A stretch of DNA of 64,000 nucleotides. Origin: Octopus sinensis (taxonomy: Eukaryota). The notes beneath the pieces are model-generated. The model was not told the DNA's origin and ran no database searches. It was given only the letters and a program-made list of their open reading frames with translations. Positions 59,401 through 64,000 of this stretch are shown piece by piece (the stretch's first letter is position 1; every line of letters starts with the position of its first letter). The DNA is taken from NCBI RefSeq assembly GCF_006345805.1, contig NC_043000.1, positions 18,414,001-18,478,000 on the forward strand, read 5' to 3'. Position numbers and translations under genes: made by a program.

Positions 59401-62106
59401 ATCAAGCCAAGTCAGACTAGAACCTTGTACAGCTCTCCAGCTTGCCAACTCTGCTCAAACCATCCAACCCATGCCAGCATGGAAAGTGGATGTTAAATGA
59501 TGGTGATCATCATGAATATTATGATTGTACTATAAAAGTATGAACACTTAGAAATGGAATTTTAACATCAGAGTATTAAAAATGGTGTTATTATCATCAT
59601 CATCATCATCATCGTTTAGCGTCCGTTTTCCATGCTAGCATGGGTTGGACGGTTCAACTGGGGTCTGTGAAGCCGGAAGGCTGCATCAGGCCATCAGATC
59701 TGGCAGTGTTTCTACGGCTGGATGCCCTTCCTAACGCCAACCACTCCGTGAGTGTAGTGGGTGCTTTTTACGTGCCACCTGCACATTATGATAGTAACTA
59801 ATTACTGTTGGTCCAGTGAATAAGGTGTTAGCTTATATATGAAAATGATAACAATGATGATGATGATTATAGAATATTATTTCATTCTTTTTACTCAAGG
59901 TCATGTGACAAACTACGTTGCACATCTTGTGACATGAAAGTGTTATGGTTTGAAGACTTTGCATGGCTTGCTTCACTTGATTATCTTTTCTTGAGAAATA
60001 ACTTCCCCAATTTCAAAGAACTAAGATCAAAACTAAAGCCACAAAATGGTTTGTAATATCTTTTTCATCTATTATGATTTTGGATTTTTTTTTAAACTAT
60101 CAAAAAAAAAAAAAAAGAATTGCTATGATATCCAGTTATTTTTTCTTTTGCAAAAAAAAACAACTCTAAAGTGGTTGTGTTTATAGGTGTAGAAGTGGCT
60201 GTGTGGTAAGTAGCTTGCTTATGAACCTCATGGTTCCAGGCAAGTGTCTTCTACTATAGCCTCGGGCCGACCAAAGCCTTGTGAGTGGATTTGGTAGATG
60301 GAAACTGAAAGAAACCCATCGTATGTATATCTATATATATATTATGATTGTAGTAGCAAAATGTGGTTTCATTGAGCTCAAATACAGATGTGTATGAAGT
60401 TAAATACATATACTCTTTACTCTTTTCAGTCATTTGACTGTGGCCATGCTGGAGCACCACCTTTAGTCAAGCAAATCGACCCCGGGACATATTCTTTGTA
60501 AGCCCAGTACTTATTCTATTGGTCTCTTTTGCTGAACCGGTAAGTAACAGGGACGTAAACACACCAGCATCGGTTGTCAAGCAATGCTAGGTGTACAAAC
60601 ACAGACACACACACACACATCATCATCATCATCATTTAACGTCCGTTTTCCGCGCTAGCATGGGTTGGACGGTTCGACCGGGGTCTGGGAAGCCAGGGGC
60701 TGCTCCAGGCTCCAGTCTGATCTGGCAGAGTGTCTACGGCTGGATACACACACACATATATATATATATATATACACATACATATATACGACAGGCTTCT
60801 TTCAGTTTCCGTCTACCAAATCTACTCACAAGGCATTGGTCGGCCCGGGGCTATAGCAGAAGACACTTGCCCAAGGTGCCACACAGTGGGACTGAACCTG
60901 GAACCATGTGGTTGGTTAGTAAGCTACTTACCACACAGCCATTCCTGTGCCCATATATTTAAAAAAAAGAAAGGAAAAGAAACAAGGGTACAGAATATTA
61001 TTTCAATTTTATATAAGCAACTTCCCATATAATCATTCATTCAGGTTGTATACACTTCAGTTTAAGCATAATATTAAACTGAATCACTGCTCTTTTTTTT
61101 CTTTTCTTCTTTTTTTAAAGAACTGAAATATTTACTCTGAATGGAGGGGTTGAATAGTTTGAATCTGAAGCAGCTCACCTCCTAACATCTTTCCTCTAGA
61201 TGCACGAGGCCCGAAATTTTTGGGACGGAGCTAGTGCTTGACCGGTACTTATTTCACTGACCCTGAAAAGATGACAGGCAAATTTAACCTCAGTGGAATT
61301 GAACCTTTGGATTGTTATAGAAAACATTACAAGAAACCAAGAAAAACAGAATTAATAAAAAGTCGTAAAAAAAAAATAAAGGACTGGGAAAATTTGCTCG
61401 ACTAAAGGCGGTGCTCCAGCATGGCCGCAGTCAATTGAGTGAAACAAGTAAAAGAGTAAAAGAGAGAGTTTATGATGTTAATATTTGATGATTCTAACCA
61501 TTGGAACCCCTATCTTGCTCAGAACATTGACCTACTGGAATCTGTTCAGAGACGTGCAACCAAACGCATACCCTCCATCAGACACCTACCATATTCTGAG
61601 CGCCTTGTTTCCCTGGGCATGGATTCACTGAAGCTCCGGCGTCTGGCGATGGACTTGGTAAACACCCACAAAGTTATCAACCACCTCACCAATAACAACA
61701 CTGAACACCTTTTTGATCTCCATGTGTCTAACGCGCGTGGGCATGCCTACAAAGTCAGAAAACAACACAGCTCCCATGACTTTCGGAAACATTTCTTCAC
61801 GCTCAGAGTTGCTGAAGCATGGAATAAACTGCCTGCGTCAGTTGTTGACTGCCATGACACTGCATCCTTTAAGGCCCTCATGCTTTCCGAAATCCGTCGA
61901 CACTACACCTGATTATATATGCACTTTAGATGAGTTGTAGTGCACCTGAGCACTGTACACAATGTTTATTATTATTATTATTACTTCTTAATTTTATTTT
62001 CTCTACAGGTTCCAGAGCCTATTGTTGTCAGTGCTCTTGGCAAACAGTAAACACGTTGACATTCTTGAAACAACTTGAGACGAAATGGGTTTGTGGTCAG
62101 CATTGA
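51846..62106 (+). CDS. CFAP418: Cilia- and flagella-associated protein 418 (C8orf37 orthologue), 6 coding exons, 173 aa
   Basis: join(51846-51928,53821-53893,54839-54891,57409-57474,59900-60048,62009-62106) = 522 nt. All introns are GT-AG with phases 2,0,2,2,1. Product: MDDGDDIDDLLNEAEQSFNSRFKRQNCRVSNISVVDELDDLLAETDDIKDYKADKQQKAVNPHSLEEVVKCFPIYLAGSHFPCGLGNISKKLSCDKLRCTSCDMKVLWFEDFAWLASLDYLFLRNNFPNFKELRSKLKPQNGSRAYCCQCSWQTVNTLTFLKQLETKWVCGQH*. It matches recalled C8orf37 hallmarks: DLDELL start, CxPVYLGGS, CDxLRCxxCDF, DYLFxRNN, RAYxCQCSW and a WVCGKH end. Confidence 0.93.
52141..52341. mobile_element. hAT-type MITE (201 bp) in CFAP418 intron 1
   Basis: CAGTG...CACTG ends, 8-bp TSD ATCTATAT. 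Confidence 0.85.
53177..53640 (-). mobile_element. CR1-clade LINE 3' end, antisense, intron 1
   Basis: TLKLQRLAADL...FRKHFFTLRVAEAWNKLP, (ATT)n tail. Confidence 0.9.
53821..53893 (+). CDS. CFAP418: CFAP418 exon 2
   Basis: ttttcttttgacgacag acceptor, AAG|GTTAGT donor; encodes VSNISVVDELDDLLAETDDIKDYK. Confidence 0.85.
54839..54891 (+). CDS. CFAP418: CFAP418 exon 3 (poorly conserved linker)
   Basis: ttcttttattgattatag acceptor, AA|GTGAGT donor; the best candidate I found that bridges phase 0 to phase 2; encodes ADKQQKAVNPHSLEEVVK. Confidence 0.72.
55130..55720 (-). mobile_element. CRE-like LINE remnant (RLE region), intron 3
   Basis: QKKWD...SASEPHSGA, ICVPHECRC, EPEGL...RPDSIT...WDATCCD across frameshifts. 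Confidence 0.55.
55795..56022 (-). mobile_element. SINE family 2 monomer, intron 3
   Basis: Full head plus body. Confidence 0.85.
56534..57246 (+). mobile_element. CR1-clade LINE 3' part, sense, intron 3
   Basis: YIAMVRPHLEFVSPVWNP...LEAVQRRATK...FFTLRVAEAWN, (ATT)n tail; about 95% identical by eye to 53177-53640. Confidence 0.9.
57409..57474 (+). CDS. CFAP418: CFAP418 exon 4
   Basis: tcttacag acceptor, TT|GTATGT donor; encodes CFPIYLAGSHFPCGLGNISKK. Confidence 0.9.
57578..58164. repeat. Fold-back element, inverted arms of about 190 bp, intron 4
   Basis: 57578-57770 vs about 57985-58164 reverse complement; SINE 1 head in the loop; partial tandem copy at 58165-58260. Confidence 0.8.
58460..58815 (-). 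mobile_element. RTE LINE RT-domain fragment, intron 4
   Basis: NYRGIRLL...QFSFVPGRSTTNAIF...FVDLEKAFDRVP. Confidence 0.88.
58910..59304 (+). mobile_element. Helitron family B variant, intron 4
   Basis: A|TCTTTATATATAAAAGTG...hairpin-CTAG. Confidence 0.8.
59900..60048 (+). CDS. CFAP418: CFAP418 exon 5
   Basis: ttcattctttttactcaag acceptor, G|GTTTGT donor; encodes SCDKLRCTSCD...DYLFLRNNFP. Confidence 0.92.
60190..61465. mobile_element. Cluster of SINE family 1 pieces in both orientations, intron 5
   Basis: 60190-60325(+), 60415-60600(-), 60785-60955(-), 61390-61465(+); an RTE tail tip is nested at 60619-60745. Confidence 0.78.
61490..61983 (+). mobile_element. CR1-clade LINE 3' end (diverged subfamily), intron 5
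   Basis: LLESVQRRATK...FFTLRVAEAWNKLP; the (ATT)n tail ends 25 bp before exon 6. Confidence 0.9.
62009..62106 (+). CDS. CFAP418: CFAP418 exon 6 (terminal coding part)
   Basis: ttttctctacag acceptor; encodes GSRAYCCQCSW...WVCGQH then TGA; ATTAAA at 62165-62170 is a possible poly(A) signal. Confidence 0.93.
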
Positions 62107-62549
62107 TTATTTATGATTGTAACAATCAAAAACAACATTCATTCAAGACTAATTGGCAGTAGTAATTAAAATTGATGAAAACTTTGTTAGCAGTTTAAAA
62201 ATTTCCTTTTTTTTTTTGTTTTTCATTTTTTTTTTCTAAATCTTATCAGAATATAAAACATGATGGAGTATAGATATTGAATGTCTGTAATTTATATCAT
62301 TACATATATTTTTTGCCTTTATTATATATGGTGGCTGGCAGCCCTGAGAGAGTATCAGATAAGATACCTCATGATATTTAGTAACATATCTTTACATTCT
62401 GAGGATAAAACAAGCACCAGTAATATACTGAGAGTCAATTGATTTGCGTATGTATATGCACCTGCCCAATGAAATTGTGGCCTTGTGTCAAGAATGGAAA
62501 ATATCAATATCTTTTAATATTATTAATAATTCCCTATTGGTCTAAATGG

Positions 62550-64000
62550 TAACATCATCATCTTCATTTAACGTCCGTTTTCCATGCTGGTATGGGTTGG
62601 TCGGTTCGACCAGGGTCTGGGAAGCCAGGAGGCTGCACCAGGCAGCAATATGATCTGGCAGTGCTTCTATAGCTGGATGCCCTTCCCAACGCCAACTACT
62701 CCATGAGTGTAGTGGGTGCTTTTTACGTGGGACCGGTACAGGGGCCAGAGGAGCTGGCATCGACCATGATCGGATGGTGCTTCATACGTGCCACCAGCAC
62801 GAAAGCCAGTCAAGGCAGCACTGGCATTGGCCTTGTTCAGATGGTGCTTTTTACGTGCTACCGGCATGGGGCTCACAACTACAATTTCCATTTGATTTGA
62901 TATTGCTGATGTTGATGTACTTGACTCAATAGGTTTCCTCAAGCATGGCGTGTCATCCTATGATCCAAGTTACTTTTGAGTGGGCTGGTTATGCAACACT
63001 GGTGTAGGCTACTCACTTTATTTGTCTGATCTTCTCAGTCACAGCATACCTCTAGAGGTCTTGGTCTTTTGTCATTGCCTCCGCGAGGCCCAACGATTGA
63101 AGGTCATGCATGACCACCTCATCCGGGTCTCCTCTAACCCGGATTACTCCCACTGTTTGAGAATGGCACTTCTTCACACAGTTCCCCTCATCCATCCACA
63201 GTACATGACCATACCAGTGCAAACGTCTCTCTTGCATGCCACATCTGATGCTTTTTATGTCTAACATTTCTCTCAGGGTGCTTCCACTCTGTCATGTGTG
63301 CACACTGACATTACACATCCAGCGGATCATGCTAGCTTCATTTCTTTCAAGCCTACACATGTCTTCTGCAGTCACAGCCCATGTTTTCTACCATGAAGCA
63401 TGGCAGTTCACACACATGCATTGTACAATCTACTTTTCACTCTGAGCGACAGACCCTTTGTCACCAGTAGGAGTAGAAGCTTTCTAAACGTTTGCCCAGG
63501 CTATTCTTATTCTAGAGGTAACACTCTCTGAGCATCTACCCCCACTACTAACTTGGTCACCTAGGTAGTGGAAGCTATCAACTACTTCTAGTTTCTGCCC
63601 TTGGAATGTGATGGAATCTGTTTTCTGAGCATCTGTGATGTTTATTGCCCCAGTGCATCTGCTGCATGTAAAAGCTATCTTCCCAGTTAATCTTCCTTTG
63701 ATGTTGCTGCACCTCTCATGTGCCCATAGTTAACACTGGGTACATCTTATGGAGTTTCTACCAACACTTTTTCTACAGATTGAGCAGAGCCACCTACCTG
63801 AAGGGGTGTGATGTGTTCACCTTCCTACTTACTAGAACTTTGGTCTTTGCAACATTGACTTTAAGGCCCTTCGATTCTAAACCTTGCTTCCAAACTTGAA
63901 GTTTCTTCTCTAGTTCTGGTAGTGACTCTGCTATGAGGACCAGGTCATCAGCATAGAGGAGCTCCCAGGGGCGACCCGTCTTGAATTCCTCCGTTATTGC
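62550..64000 (-). mobile_element. RTE-clade LINE (RT end, C-terminus, 3' UTR, (GAT)n tail); continues beyond the window
   Basis: EEFKTGRPWELLYADDLVLIAES...GLKVNVAKTKV, RRLHWYGHV, with stops; 3' UTR of about 490 bp. Confidence 0.9.

Overview
This is eukaryotic, AT-rich, microsatellite-laden genomic DNA. The SINE families and repeat landscape point to an octopus (coleoid cephalopod); this is inferred from recalled family sequences, not from a search. One well-supported protein-coding gene is present: a six-exon CFAP418/C8orf37 orthologue on + (CDS 51846-62106, 173 aa). It was rebuilt by hand from GT-AG sites with consistent phases, and the ORF track misses it. A second, unidentified + strand gene is weakly suggested by candidate exons at 2.7-17 kb. 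The rest is mostly mobile DNA. SINEs: three main tRNA-derived families, one forming head-plus-184-bp-body multimers. Helitrons: about 13 non-autonomous copies. Class II elements: two decayed mariners plus a fragment, and hAT- and Merlin-like MITEs. LINE remnants: RTE, CR1, CRE-like, R4-like and Penelope. LTR material: Gypsy pol remnants, solo LTRs and a 2.74 kb non-coding LTR element with PBS, PPT and TSD. The most unusual non-catalogue structure is a 1.3 kb array at 41.8-43.1 kb, with ten copies of a double-hairpin repeat separated by variable 10-mer-based spacers. It looks CRISPR-like but is not a CRISPR. Most ORFs in the supplied track are artefacts of simple repeats. No prokaryote-type system is supported.
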